Shown in pieces: positions 1 through 10,321 of a DNA stretch of 64,000 bases (positions within the stretch are counted from its first letter, which is position 1; the number at the start of each line of letters is the position of its first letter). A program made the position numbers and the translations under genes. The notes beneath the pieces were generated by a model, which saw nothing but the letters and a program-made list of their open reading frames with translations, was not told the origin of the DNA and ran no database searches. This stretch comes from an uncultured Alphaproteobacteria bacterium. Lineage in GTDB: Bacteria; Pseudomonadota; Alphaproteobacteria; RF32; CAG-239. The stretch covers positions 403-64,402 of the forward strand of contig CALXVV010000012.1 of the NCBI GenBank assembly GCA_944392205.1, in the 5' to 3' direction.

Positions 1-206
1 CTGCCTTTAGACAAGTACATCTGCTGAACCACAAAATAAACACGGCGGCTCGGGGTGTTGGCATCTTTTTCTCTTAAAATAAATTTCTCACGCAAAATCG
101 GAACATTGCCCTCTATGTAAAAACGGGTCCGCTCCCCATCGTTGGTTATCAGGGCCTCCCCGATAATGATACTTTCGTGCGGTTTTAATTCAATCTTTAA
201 CGGCAT
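1..206 (-). CDS. flbT: Flagellar biosynthesis repressor FlbT, N-terminal part (runs off the window edge)
   Basis: Hand translation of the reverse strand from the ATG at 204-206 gives MPLKIELKPHESIIIGEALITNDGERTRFYIEGNVPILREKFILREKDANTPSRRVYFVVQQMYL. This matches my memory of the alphaproteobacterial FlbT N-terminus (MPLKLSLKPGEK...VLREKDI...TP.R.IYF..M.MYL). It is absent from the supplied ORF track because it is partial. Confidence 0.6.
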   Translation of the reverse strand, partial: MPLKIELKPHESIIIGEALITNDGERTRFYIEGNVPILREKFILREKDANTPSRRVYFVVQQMYLSKG

Positions 207-326
207 TTTGCGCTCCTTAGTAAAAATTTTCTGATTGCGCCTATCATATAGTGATTTTTTTATTTTGCAAATCTTTATTTTTTATGTATAACTAAAATCA
301 ACTTTGTTAAACTTAAGGACTTTGTT

Positions 327-755
327 ATGACTTCTACTTTCAAGCAAGACCTGAGCGCTGAAGAACAAGAAATCTTTCTTAGGGCTCTTTTGTATATCTT
401 GAATACCAATAAAAACTTTAAGCCCGCAAAAAATGAATATCTTGTCCACCAGGCAAAAGAAATCGGTTTCCCTATAAAAAAATTGTCTGCTCTTAAACCT
501 GCCTTGAAGCCTGAAACTATTTCTAACGAGCTCTTGAAAATTCATAATGTGCGTCTGCGCCGGTATTTTGTGCGCGAAATGATTATGCTTGCCATCTCTG
601 ATCATGAATTAACCGATGTCGAGATGTGCAATATCTACAAAATCGGCACGGCTATCGGTATTAAACAGGATAAAATCAACGACTTTTTCCTTTGGGCGGC
701 TCAGGGTATTGAATGGCAGGTGGAAGGAGTCCGCTTGGTGGAGGATGATTTATAA
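327..755 (+). CDS. Hypothetical protein, possibly TerB-like/co-chaperone-like helical domain
   Basis: 142-aa ORF with an AAGGA RBS about 8 nt upstream. The helical sequence contains ISDHELTDVEMCNIYKIGTAIGI, which is reminiscent of TerB-type domains. The functional call is weak. Confidence 0.55.
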   Translation: MTSTFKQDLSAEEQEIFLRALLYILNTNKNFKPAKNEYLVHQAKEIGFPIKKLSALKPALKPETISNELLKIHNVRLRRYFVREMIMLAISDHELTDVEMCNIYKIGTAIGIKQDKINDFFLWAAQGIEWQVEGVRLVEDDL

Positions 756-761
756 AGTATT

Positions 762-2564
762 ATGCAAGAACCCCCGATTTTTACCTTAAAAGGTGTCAGC
801 CTCTCGTTTGGCGACAACCAATTGTTTCAAAATGTTGAACTCTACATTAACCGCGGAGATAAAATCTCTTTGGTTGGCCGCAATGGTTCAGGCAAATCTA
901 CCTTGCTCAAAATTATTGCCGGTGTTCTTGAACCGGATAGCGGGGAAATCTTTGTCCAGCCCGGAATAAAAATTTCTTATATGCCCCAAGAGCCTGATTT
1001 TGGTAAGTGTAAAACACTGCGCGAGGTCGTACGATCCGGCTTGCCAAACTATACCCCCGAACAGGAATATAAGGTCAATATCCTTATTGAACAACTCTCC
1101 ATTGCTGCTGAGCAAGAGGTGGAAAGCGCCTCCGGCGGAGAAAGGCGCAAGGCCTCTCTGGCAAAAGCCCTTATCAATGAACCGGATATTTTGCTTTTGG
1201 ATGAGCCCACTAACCACCTGGATATTGCCACCATCGAAAAACTTGAAAACATCATCAAAGAATTTCAAGGCGCCGTCGTGCTCATCTCCCATGATAGAAT
1301 GTTTTTATCTAACACCTCGGGAGCCACTTTTTGGCTTGACCGCGGCAAAATGCATCGAAACAATAAGGGGTTCAAATTCTTTGAAGAATGGCAAGAGCAA
1401 ATCATTAACCAAGAGATTATTGAGCAAAATAACCTCAACCGCAAAATTGCCGAAGAAACCGAGTGGCTTCACAAAGGAGTCACGGCCAGAAGACGCCGCA
1501 ATATGGGGCGGTTGCGCAGGCTCCAACAGCTCCGGGCCGAAAGGCGTGAACAAATTAAACAAATCGGCAACATCAACCTCAATATCGATGAGGGAGATTT
1601 TCGCTCTAAATTGGTAATTGAGGCCAAGCATATCTCAAAAGCTTTTGGCGAGCGCCAGATTATCAAAGACTTTTCCACCCGCGTTATCAAGGGAAACAAA
1701 ATCGGTATTGTCGGGCCTAATGGTGCCGGAAAGACAACTCTTGTCAAGCTCTTGACCAAGCGTCTGGAACCAGACAGCGGTTCTGTGCGTATCGGTAAAA
1801 ACCTTGAAGAAGCTTATTTTGACCAAAACCGTATAACCCTGGACCCTAAGAAAACTTTGTGGCAGACTCTTTGTGATAAAGGCGACCACATCATGGTGCA
1901 GGGACATTTTCGCCATGTAGTGGCCTACTTAAAAGACTTTCTGTTTAAGCCAAGCCAGGCCCACTGCCCGGTTGCTGCTCTCTCCGGCGGAGAGAAAAAT
2001 CGTCTGATGCTGGCCAAGGCTCTTGCCCAACCCTCAAACTTCTTGGTTCTGGACGAGCCTACCAATGATTTGGATATGGATACTCTTGACCTTTTGCAGG
2101 AAGTGCTTGATGACTATGGCGGAACGATCCTTATTGTCAGCCACGACCGTGATTTTCTGGACAGAGTGGTTTCTTCCATCATCTATCTTAAAGGCGACGG
2201 CACTGTCTATGAGCATGCCGGCAGCTACTCAGAGCTTTTGGAAAAAATTTCTGCAACCTCAAACAAGCCTGCAAAAACTGAGCAGAAAAAATCCTCTGCC
2301 CCTCTTCTAGAGCCAAAACAAACTTCTAAGCCTAAAAAACTCAGCTACAATCAGCAACGATTGTTGCAGGTTTTGCCTACCGAAATAGAGCAAATCGAGG
2401 CTGAAATTGCAAAGACTGAAGAGGAACTTTCAGATGCTTCGCTTTACACCGAAAATCCGCAACGATTTGATATTTTGAGTAAAAAACTGCCGGAGCTTCA
2501 GGCTCAAAAGGAAGAAAAAGAAAATCAGTGGCTGGAAATTCAGCTTTTGGCTGAAGAACTCTAA
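762..2564 (+). CDS. ABC-F family ATPase (Uup/EttA-like, two ABC domains plus C-terminal coiled coil)
   Basis: Two Walker A motifs (GRNGSGKST, GPNGAGKTT), two signature motifs (SGGERRK, LSGGEKNR) and two Walker B motifs (LLLDEPTNHLD, LVLDEPTNDLD). No transmembrane domain. Lys/Glu-rich C-terminal tail. Confidence 0.9.
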   Translation: MQEPPIFTLKGVSLSFGDNQLFQNVELYINRGDKISLVGRNGSGKSTLLKIIAGVLEPDSGEIFVQPGIKISYMPQEPDFGKCKTLREVVRSGLPNYTPEQEYKVNILIEQLSIAAEQEVESASGGERRKASLAKALINEPDILLLDEPTNHLDIATIEKLENIIKEFQGAVVLISHDRMFLSNTSGATFWLDRGKMHRNNKGFKFFEEWQEQIINQEIIEQNNLNRKIAEETEWLHKGVTARRRRNMGRLRRLQQLRAERREQIKQIGNINLNIDEGDFRSKLVIEAKHISKAFGERQIIKDFSTRVIKGNKIGIVGPNGAGKTTLVKLLTKRLEPDSGSVRIGKNLEEAYFDQNRITLDPKKTLWQTLCDKGDHIMVQGHFRHVVAYLKDFLFKPSQAHCPVAALSGGEKNRLMLAKALAQPSNFLVLDEPTNDLDMDTLDLLQEVLDDYGGTILIVSHDRDFLDRVVSSIIYLKGDGTVYEHAGSYSELLEKISATSNKPAKTEQKKSSAPLLEPKQTSKPKKLSYNQQRLLQVLPTEIEQIEAEIAKTEEELSDASLYTENPQRFDILSKKLPELQAQKEEKENQWLEIQLLAEEL

Positions 2565-2567
2565 AGT

Positions 2568-3113
2568 TTATTCCAAAACTGCCTTGCCTGATAAGACTTG
2601 CTCTATTTGGTATAGATTAGCACGGACCAAGGCCAACTCTTCAGGATTGTAGCTCAGCGACTTAAACTGCTTTTCTTGTGAAGCGATTATGTTTTTGAGA
2701 TTGTCTGCTCCCGCTCCGGACATTGTCTTTAACAATCCGCGATTATCTTCCAGATTGTTTTGCAAAGTCGCTATTGTCGCCAGCTCTTTTAGGCGTTGCT
2801 CCATAGAGAAAAATCTTTCGGCGTTCCAGCCGTTGGCCTCCAGCCAGCGGCGAACTTGCGCAGGAATCTCGCTGTCTTGCCGCAGAGAAACTTGTGCCAT
2901 TGATTTACTCAAATCCTTTTGCATAAAATCTGACCACACGCTCAGAAAAGCATTTATTTCCTTAACACTTAAAACATCTTCCGGTGACGGCGGTGTATCA
3001 TAATTTGCACCAAAACGGGCAATATTGCTCAACGGCGTGGTCAATATAACGCCTAAAAAAACTAATGCAGCACATAAAATCAAAATCTTTTTACGCGTCA
3101 TCTGGCCTACCAT
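2568..3113 (-). CDS. Hypothetical membrane-anchored or secreted protein
   Basis: 181-aa ORF with an N-terminal hydrophobic segment (KKILILCAALVFLGVILTT). It overlaps the upstream HAD gene by 7 nt, suggesting operon coupling. Confidence 0.6.
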   Translation of the reverse strand: MVGQMTRKKILILCAALVFLGVILTTPLSNIARFGANYDTPPSPEDVLSVKEINAFLSVWSDFMQKDLSKSMAQVSLRQDSEIPAQVRRWLEANGWNAERFFSMEQRLKELATIATLQNNLEDNRGLLKTMSGAGADNLKNIIASQEKQFKSLSYNPEELALVRANLYQIEQVLSGKAVLE

Positions 3114-3967
3114 CTCAAGTTGGAAATAACATAATCCGGAGAAGCATCATAACTGTTGGACAGCTCTCTGGTTTTAGCAACATCGGGAATATAACCCTCA
3201 CCTAAGAAATTTACATGCACACCCTTAGAAATAAGAGCAGAATCCCATCCCAACATGACTGCGCCTTTGATGTCGGTGGCAATATTGTCGCCAATCACCA
3301 AGATGTTTCCGGGGTCGGCAATTCCATCCAGGCAATATTTGAAAATATTAATATCCGGCTTGCCTAGTGTGACAATTCTGCCGCCAATAACCGCATATTG
3401 CTCAGCTAAAGCTCCGGGGGCCAAACAAATTTTGCCATCCTTAAAACAAGAGGTGTCGTTGCCGGCACAGACAAACGGCAATCCCAATGCTGCGGCCTGT
3501 TCTAAAATGGGACGATAAGTATCTGTGGTATCATTTACATCTGCCACCGTATCCATATATAGGAAATGAGCGGTAGAGATATTGGCTACCGGCACAAAAT
3601 CAAGCCCGGCAAAAACGCCCTTGTCCGCCGAAGACCCCAAATGATAATAATTGGTCCCCAAGGCTCCGTAATTGCCGCTGCCGTGTTTTAGTTTATAGTG
3701 TAAAATTTCACCCGCACTCATGATGCAGCTGAAAATTTGCGGATTAATACCATTTTGCTGCAGCCACTCGGCTATGGTTGCCACGCGCCAGGCCATGTTG
3801 GTTAAGAGCACAATTTTTTTGCCTCTGGCCGCAAGGTTGCGCAGAGCATCTGCCGCAGCGGGCAAAATGCTGCCGCCTTCATATAAAACACCGTTAAAAC
3901 CTAGGACAAATGTGTCGTAGTTGTCTGCGGTTTTAGACAGATTAACTATGGGCTTTATCATCTTCAT
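3107..3967 (-). CDS. HAD-superfamily subfamily IIA hydrolase
   Basis: 286 aa. It shows HAD-IIA hallmarks: the first nucleophile motif appears degenerate (FVLGFNGVLY), plus LLTN and the C-terminal IGDNIATDIKGA. Confidence 0.75.
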   Translation of the reverse strand: MKMIKPIVNLSKTADNYDTFVLGFNGVLYEGGSILPAAADALRNLAARGKKIVLLTNMAWRVATIAEWLQQNGINPQIFSCIMSAGEILHYKLKHGSGNYGALGTNYYHLGSSADKGVFAGLDFVPVANISTAHFLYMDTVADVNDTTDTYRPILEQAAALGLPFVCAGNDTSCFKDGKICLAPGALAEQYAVIGGRIVTLGKPDINIFKYCLDGIADPGNILVIGDNIATDIKGAVMLGWDSALISKGVHVNFLGEGYIPDVAKTRELSNSYDASPDYVISNLRW

Positions 3968-4041
3968 TGCTTTTATTCCCGAACTAATTTGTTTATAAAC
4001 TAGCCGAAATTATCCATATTTACAAGAAAATAAACCGAGTT

Positions 4042-4779
4042 TTACGCCTTAAATTCTGCTTTTGATAATTTTAGGATTATCTCATTGGCTAAGGTCAGCC
4101 CAAAAATGGCCGTGATGGTCGGCAAAGAGCCCATGATATTGCGGGCACCATCTTCTTGCGGGGCCAAAATTGCGGTTTGCGGCAACTTTGGCTGTTCTTT
4201 GGAGTAGACGCAAGGTACTTCTGCAAGGTTTACCCCTTGACTTTTTAACTGGTGTCTTACTTTGCGAGCCAATGCGCAATTTTGGCTTTTATCAAGTGTG
4301 GAAACGGCAATATCTGCCGGATTGGTTTTAAGCGCCGCCCCCATTGATGATATAAACGCTATTTCCTCACGCCACAAAAATTCCAGCAAGGCACATTTGG
4401 CGCCAAGCGAATCGATGGCGTCCACCACAAAATCCGGCTTAACGGCAAAAATATCTGCTAAATTATCTTTATCTACAAAGACATTTTTAATCTCCACCAG
4501 GCAGGAAGGATTTATATCTTTTACTCTGGCGGCGGCGACCTCGGTTTTAAGTTTTCCCACCGTCGAATCCAATGCCAATATCTGGCGGTTGATGTTGGTT
4601 TCATCAAAACGGTCAAAATCCACCAAAATCAGATGCCCGATACCAGACCTGGCCAAAGCCTCTAAGGCATAGCCTCCAACTGCACCCAAACCTACAACCA
4701 TAACAGTTGCTTGTTTTAAGCACTCCATCCCCTCTTGGCCCAAAAGCATTTGCGTGCGCATAAATCTTTTATCTGACAT
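4042..4779 (-). CDS. tcdA: tRNA threonylcarbamoyladenosine dehydratase (ThiF/HesA family)
   Basis: Contains VMVVGLGAVGGYALEALARSGIGHLILVDFDRFDETNINRQ, then VVDAIDS and SSMGAA. This matches the E. coli TcdA/CsdL pattern as I remember it. Confidence 0.8.
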   Translation of the reverse strand: MSDKRFMRTQMLLGQEGMECLKQATVMVVGLGAVGGYALEALARSGIGHLILVDFDRFDETNINRQILALDSTVGKLKTEVAAARVKDINPSCLVEIKNVFVDKDNLADIFAVKPDFVVDAIDSLGAKCALLEFLWREEIAFISSMGAALKTNPADIAVSTLDKSQNCALARKVRHQLKSQGVNLAEVPCVYSKEQPKLPQTAILAPQEDGARNIMGSLPTITAIFGLTLANEIILKLSKAEFKA

Positions 4780-5497
4780 CTATGAACTCCCGTGAATTTT
4801 TATAAACTTCAGCCGCCAGCTCTTTTAACTCTATGTTTTTGCATTCGGCCACATCTTTTGCCAAGGCCGGAATATCCGTCGGATTTCCCTGATAGGGGCC
4901 ATCGCTTTCAAACAGCAACTTTTGCAACGGAACCTCTTGCGCCAGCTCTTTGAAATTTTTTCGTGTTCGTGTTTTGGGGCAAAAAGAAATATAAGCGCCA
5001 AAACTCAAAGCTCGCCTTAAAAGCTCTACACTTCCGCTAAAAGAGTGAAGAACGAACTTTACCTCTTTTAAAATTGGCCAAAACGCCTCCAACCAATCTT
5101 GCACTTTCACCGCATGTACCAGTAAAGGTCTGTTATATTCTTTTGCCAGGCGGATATGTTCGGCAAAAATTTCTTTTTGGAGCTCCGAAGGTACGTCTTT
5201 TAAGCTGTCAAGCCCACATTCTCCCACCAGCGCTTGTGGATTTTGCTCCAGAAGCTTTTGCAAATTTTTGTGCCAATCTTTTGAACAATCCTGCAAATAC
5301 CACGGATGCAAACCCAAAGCCGGCACAACTCTGCCTGGAAATTCTTCTGCCAATTTACACACTGCCTGCCAATTGCCCTCTTTGGTGGCGGCACAAACGA
5401 CCTCCTCAACCCCTTGCCTGTTTACCTCGACAAGAAATTGCGGTGCATTGTTTGACTTATAGTCTTGCAAGTGGATATGGGTATCAATAAACTGCAT
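4769..5497 (-). CDS. TatD-family metal-dependent hydrolase
   Basis: Starts MQFIDTHIHLQ (HxH metal motif) and has the later H and ESDGP motifs typical of TatD. Overlaps tcdA by 11 nt. Confidence 0.85.
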   Translation of the reverse strand: MQFIDTHIHLQDYKSNNAPQFLVEVNRQGVEEVVCAATKEGNWQAVCKLAEEFPGRVVPALGLHPWYLQDCSKDWHKNLQKLLEQNPQALVGECGLDSLKDVPSELQKEIFAEHIRLAKEYNRPLLVHAVKVQDWLEAFWPILKEVKFVLHSFSGSVELLRRALSFGAYISFCPKTRTRKNFKELAQEVPLQKLLFESDGPYQGNPTDIPALAKDVAECKNIELKELAAEVYKNSREFIDVR

Positions 5498-5542
5498 TTT
5501 AGATTTTTCATTAAAAAATTTTGATTCGGATTGTAGGTAATT

Positions 5543-6637
5543 ATGAGTATTTTGACAAGACCAATTTTGGAAATTGACTTAAACAACTTATTGGCAAACT
5601 ACCAATTGTTAGAAAAAATTGCTCCGCACGCCACTCCGGCAGCAGTCGTCAAAGATGATGCCTATGGCTTGGGAGCCGCTGTCGTTGCGCCTTTGCTCTA
5701 TGAAAAAGCACAATGCCGTAACTTTTTTGTGGCTCATGCCATTGAGGGGCAAAGAATCGCCGACAAACTGCCGCAGGCAAAAATTTATGTCTTGCAGGGA
5801 ATCGGCGAGGATTGTTTGGATATTTTTCAACAAGTGCCGCAGCTGATCCCTGTCATCAGCAGTCCCGAGATGTTTGAATTTTGGAAAAACAACCGCTTGC
5901 CAAACAGAAAACCGGTTATTCATATTGAGACCGGACTAAATCGCCTGGGCTTTAGGGAGCATGACCTCAAAGCCTTGAGCGATGCCGACCTGTCTGAGTT
6001 TTCAATGGTGATGTCTCACCTGGCTTGCGGTGATGAAAAGGACCATTTTATGAATGCTCATCAGTTGGAGACTTTTGAGCAGCTCAAAAACATCTATTTT
6101 CCTGACCTGCCGGCTTCTCTTTCGGCCTCTGACGGTGTCTTTTTGGGCGAGAAATTTCATTGGAACATGGTGCGTTTGGGCGCTGCCATGTATGGTATCA
6201 ACACCGCACCTTACCGCCTCAACCAGATGCAGAACGTGGTGCGCATCAAAGCGCCGGTCTTGCAAATCGAACCCTTACCCAAGGGCGAATTTGTCGGCTA
6301 TTCTGCTACTTATCGAGCCAGCTCGGACCGCAAAATTGCCATTGCCTCCATCGGGTATGGCGACGGATTACCCCGTTCTCTTTCCAATGTGGGCAAAGTT
6401 TATTTCAAAGTCCGTGGCAAGCTCCACGAATGCCGGGTTATCGGCCGGATGTCCATGGACAACCTTATTTGTGATGTAACCGAGGCAGAAGGCTTGGAAG
6501 TCGGCGATTTTGCTTATATTGCTGATGATTTCTACACGCTTGATGATATGGCAAGAGATGCCGGCACTATTTCTTATGAAATTATGTCACGCGTGGGCAA
6601 GAACACTCGTTATATTCGAAAATATATCGGACAATAA
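5543..6637 (+). CDS. alr: Alanine racemase
   Basis: The PLP-lysine region is AVVKDDAYGLG. Also present: HIETGLNRLG, RLGAAMYG, and the C-terminal IGYGDG...GRMSMD...ISYEIM. Confidence 0.9.
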   Translation: MSILTRPILEIDLNNLLANYQLLEKIAPHATPAAVVKDDAYGLGAAVVAPLLYEKAQCRNFFVAHAIEGQRIADKLPQAKIYVLQGIGEDCLDIFQQVPQLIPVISSPEMFEFWKNNRLPNRKPVIHIETGLNRLGFREHDLKALSDADLSEFSMVMSHLACGDEKDHFMNAHQLETFEQLKNIYFPDLPASLSASDGVFLGEKFHWNMVRLGAAMYGINTAPYRLNQMQNVVRIKAPVLQIEPLPKGEFVGYSATYRASSDRKIAIASIGYGDGLPRSLSNVGKVYFKVRGKLHECRVIGRMSMDNLICDVTEAEGLEVGDFAYIADDFYTLDDMARDAGTISYEIMSRVGKNTRYIRKYIGQ

Positions 6638-6668
6638 AAAAACCGGGGAATTTCCCCGGTTTTTTTAT
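6636..6668. terminator. Bidirectional intrinsic terminator between alr and the 1158-aa gene
   Basis: AAAAAAACCGGGGAATTTCCCCGGTTTTTTT: a perfect GC stem flanked by an A-run and a T-run. Confidence 0.85.
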
Positions 6669-6670
6669 TT

Positions 6671-9600
6671 CTATTTACTGAAGCCTCCTCTGCCCACTCT
6701 TGTTTGGAGAATTTTGGCTGCGACTTCATTTTTGGCCGGAATACTTGTGTATTCGTGATTTCTCAGCATAGCATCCGCCTCTTTAAACCTGCCCTCAACA
6801 ATCTTGGTCGGAACAGAGGTTGCCTCACTGCCATCCATATTGGTCATGGTGAAGTGCGGCACATTGTCTTTGCCAACCCGGATGTTAACCACTCCGTCTT
6901 CGGTAAACATCTTAAATTGAGATGTTCCGTTAAAAATAGAAGTTTTGGTCAGCTCTCCAGGCTTGCACCCGGCCAATGCCGCGGCCTCGTTGACAGTTTG
7001 GTCTGAAAGCGGCGTATAAGGAACAGAAACCATAACCGGCTCTTCATAGGTTTCGGTTACATTCTCGGTTATCTTGCGAAGAGCACTCTTATCATAAAAT
7101 TCGGGAGCTCTTCCATCCGAGTATTGGATCATCATCTCACCGGTTTCTTTATTAATCGTAACCGTTGCATCCTCAGGAATCTGATGTTGGCCGTGAGGAC
7201 CGGAAATCGCCCATTTAACTTCTCCCGGAACTGTCCGCTCAAAGGTGCCGACACCTTCCGTCATCTTTTGCTGATATTCTGGAATATCATATTGGCTCTC
7301 TCCATAGCTCATATCTATGTCAAGTCCCGGTCTAACCGGAGGCAAATCCGTCTTTTTGATATCATTATCAAAATCTACATCTCTGCCCACACTTCCAAAA
7401 TCTTTTCTTGCGACACTTGTCTCAGTCTTGGCCTGGTGCAAGTCGCCTTTACCAGAGCAATCATCGTCAATATGATAGTGAGCCTCATTGCCGGTCCAAC
7501 GGTTGTCTTCCGGTCTGACGTGGCCGGCACCGACATAATAACCACTCCTGCCATAGACCTCACCCGAGGTATCAATAGTTGCTAAGCCCCGATGAATAAT
7601 TTCTTGTTGGACCACATTGACCTCTCCACAATTGATGTCTCGATCAATTAATGTACGAGCCAAATGCGGGCCCAAGTGAGTTTGGAACAGTTTATCTGCT
7701 TCGGCTTTGCTGATGTTGCCTTCCAAGAAACGCTCCCAATCTCCTTCCTTAAAGCCAAGAGAAAGTAACTCTTTATTGAGCTGTATGCGTTGCTGTGCCA
7801 AATTTCCTGAAAAACCGACCTGTTCTCTCAACATATTATAACGATATACGTATTCTGATACGCTCATTCCTTCCGGCTTTCCTTCCAAGAGGCCTTGGCT
7901 GTCAACATCTTTAGCATAATCCAAAAACTCTTGAGCTGATAACTTCATGTTTCCACCATCTGCAGCATCTCGAATTATGATATTATCAAATTTGGCAAGA
8001 CTGCTTCTTGAATCAAACCATGAATCCGAGTGAGCTCCAAATTTCATTTCAATATTGACGGCTCTTTGGAATTTTCCGCCCAGCTCTATTGCGGCGTCTG
8101 CACCGGCTGTATGAGCTTCGGTTCCAGTAACGGTAGCTGCCGTACCACCACTAGTGCTTGTACCGTCGGTTATTGTATTTGTGTCAACCCCATCGGCAAC
8201 AGCATTATTGTCACCAGCACTCGGAACTTCCGGCATTTTGCCCCAGCCTTCGCGCAACGGTGTGGATGGTTGTGCTGAATCCTGCCAATTTTCAGCCCCT
8301 ACCCCGGCAACTCCGGTGTGTGAACGTCCTGCTCCGGTGATTGTGTCTATATGTTCAGCCACATTTGAGTTCAGACGTCTCAGACTCAACCATGATCCAA
8401 CTGCTGAGATTCCTAAGCCAATGTAAAACGAAGTTTTGGCTGCTTTCCATTTACTTCTGTTTTCTTCAGTCGGGCTCTTTTTATATTCCTTTCTGGCAAC
8501 AATCATGGCCGTGGTTTGGGCTGAAATAGAAGATGCCGTGCGTGCTAAACCGGACAATACTCGAGACGAAACCTTATCTAGTCCCATTGTTGTTCCGCCG
8601 GCTCCCAATAAACCTCCGGCAACAGCACCAACCATGCCAAACCAGCTTTGGCGCTTGTAGTCCTTGTCTGTTTTTTTGGTTTGCCATGCAGTCTTCATTG
8701 AATCCCAAAAGCCAATCTTCTCACCTTTTGCTTTGGCTGCCGCACGCTGTTTTTGTGCCTCGGCTACAACCGGCCAAAACCATGCTCCGGCTGCTGAATA
8801 TGCTGCATATGCACCAATGGCTATGGCCCCATATCCTGTTGCGGCAACAGCAAGAGTGGCACCACCGTTAACAATATGTTGCCACTTGTGCTCTTTGATG
8901 TTTTTTACAACTGCACGGCCGATTTCATAGCGTTTGCCCCACAGTGCAACAGCTTTGTCCCTGAAAGAATTTAATCTCTTGCCTAATGCCGACTTACCTT
9001 TACCAAGTTTTCCCTCCAAAACATCTTTGAACTTGGTGACCTCTACATCCGTATCGGCACAAGCGGTGATGATATCCTTAACTCTTATTTGAAGCTTTTT
9101 CCCGCCTTCAATCAGGCTCGCTATAAAATCATCTGCCGCCTTAGCCTTTCTTTCCAGGTAAGCTTTGAATTTGTTTTCATCTTTCTGCTCTTCTGCCGTG
9201 GGCAATTCAAAAGTGGAGGCAACACCTGCCATACCCAACTTGGCCACAAATAAATCTTTGACTTTTTCGGTCAACTGTTTGTGTTGCTCGCTCTTGGAAG
9301 CCATTAAATATTTCAGGTTGCCAACATTTTCCTGGTATGCCTCTAATTTGGCTGCCTCAAACATCTGAGAAAGGTTCTTGGCCTTGTTTTCCTCATCCAC
9401 AACGGAGCCGTCATCTTCAACTATATCGACATTGGCCAAAACCTGCTCTAGCTCTTTGAAATCTTCGGAAATCGTGCCGTCCTTGGCATAAAAATTTATA
9501 CGCTCAAGATTTTCATCTAAGCTCTTGTCATTCTTGCGCAAAACCTCTATTTCTTGGTCGAGACCATTCTCTTCCTCATAAGACTTCAATACCTCGTCTA

Positions 9601-10147
9601 ACTTCTTTTGAACCTCGGCTCTCTTTTTTTCATCTGTAATGTGACTTACAAAACTTTTGGCAGATTCAAGCTCATGAATATCTACGGATTCTTTACCTTC
9701 TATCAGTTTATCCATCTTTTCGGCAATGGTGTTATTTAATCTGCTTTGAGCATATTTTATCTCATCGCTTTGCGGAGCGATATTATACAGCGCCTGAAGT
9801 TCCTCAGCCTCCTTAAAGCTCATCTCCCCGAAGTCCAGTATTTTTGCTGTTTCCTCAGCTCTCCACTGAACATCTTTCTCCCATTTTTCTTCTTTGGGCG
9901 TTCCTTCAAAGATGCCTCTTATCTTGTCAAATTGGCGGTAGTCCGCACCCGTACTTTCCAAGCTCATGTCAAAACGCTCATAAAAGCCTTCTACCAAGTC
10001 TTTTTGGGTGGGGTCATTCCTTAAAAGCCGAACAGCTTCCAACAGTTCATCGTAACTGTAGTTTACAAAAGAACTTGCGCCCAAGATCTCTTGTGCTTCT
10101 TGAGTTGTCATCTTTTTAGTCTGTTGTATTTTTTCATTTTCTGCCAT
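6671..10147 (-). CDS. Large (1158 aa) protein of unknown function: coiled-coil N-terminal third, central hydrophobic/Gly-Ala-rich segments, Thr/Gly/Ala-rich linker, unknown C-terminal domains
   Basis: Uninterrupted 3.5-kb ORF bounded by terminators. No signal peptide. Hydrophobic stretches include GGATLAVAATGYGAIAIGAYAAYSAAGAWFWPVV, WFGMVGAVAGGLLGAGG and FYIGLGISAVGSWL. I recognise no family. Confidence 0.8.
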   Translation of the reverse strand: MAENEKIQQTKKMTTQEAQEILGASSFVNYSYDELLEAVRLLRNDPTQKDLVEGFYERFDMSLESTGADYRQFDKIRGIFEGTPKEEKWEKDVQWRAEETAKILDFGEMSFKEAEELQALYNIAPQSDEIKYAQSRLNNTIAEKMDKLIEGKESVDIHELESAKSFVSHITDEKKRAEVQKKLDEVLKSYEEENGLDQEIEVLRKNDKSLDENLERINFYAKDGTISEDFKELEQVLANVDIVEDDGSVVDEENKAKNLSQMFEAAKLEAYQENVGNLKYLMASKSEQHKQLTEKVKDLFVAKLGMAGVASTFELPTAEEQKDENKFKAYLERKAKAADDFIASLIEGGKKLQIRVKDIITACADTDVEVTKFKDVLEGKLGKGKSALGKRLNSFRDKAVALWGKRYEIGRAVVKNIKEHKWQHIVNGGATLAVAATGYGAIAIGAYAAYSAAGAWFWPVVAEAQKQRAAAKAKGEKIGFWDSMKTAWQTKKTDKDYKRQSWFGMVGAVAGGLLGAGGTTMGLDKVSSRVLSGLARTASSISAQTTAMIVARKEYKKSPTEENRSKWKAAKTSFYIGLGISAVGSWLSLRRLNSNVAEHIDTITGAGRSHTGVAGVGAENWQDSAQPSTPLREGWGKMPEVPSAGDNNAVADGVDTNTITDGTSTSGGTAATVTGTEAHTAGADAAIELGGKFQRAVNIEMKFGAHSDSWFDSRSSLAKFDNIIIRDAADGGNMKLSAQEFLDYAKDVDSQGLLEGKPEGMSVSEYVYRYNMLREQVGFSGNLAQQRIQLNKELLSLGFKEGDWERFLEGNISKAEADKLFQTHLGPHLARTLIDRDINCGEVNVVQQEIIHRGLATIDTSGEVYGRSGYYVGAGHVRPEDNRWTGNEAHYHIDDDCSGKGDLHQAKTETSVARKDFGSVGRDVDFDNDIKKTDLPPVRPGLDIDMSYGESQYDIPEYQQKMTEGVGTFERTVPGEVKWAISGPHGQHQIPEDATVTINKETGEMMIQYSDGRAPEFYDKSALRKITENVTETYEEPVMVSVPYTPLSDQTVNEAAALAGCKPGELTKTSIFNGTSQFKMFTEDGVVNIRVGKDNVPHFTMTNMDGSEATSVPTKIVEGRFKEADAMLRNHEYTSIPAKNEVAAKILQTRVGRGGFSK

Positions 10148-10321
10148 GGTTTTAGATCCTTCAATCTAAGAGGTAAGGTTTCATTTGCTTTGAAATATAT
10201 CACAAAAATTCAGTTGCTTCAAGTACTTTTTGTCAATTTTTTTAAATTTTGTAAAATAATCTTTAAAAAACGCCGATGATGGTGCTTATTTTATTCCTAA
10301 TTATTTAAAAAAACACTAAAA

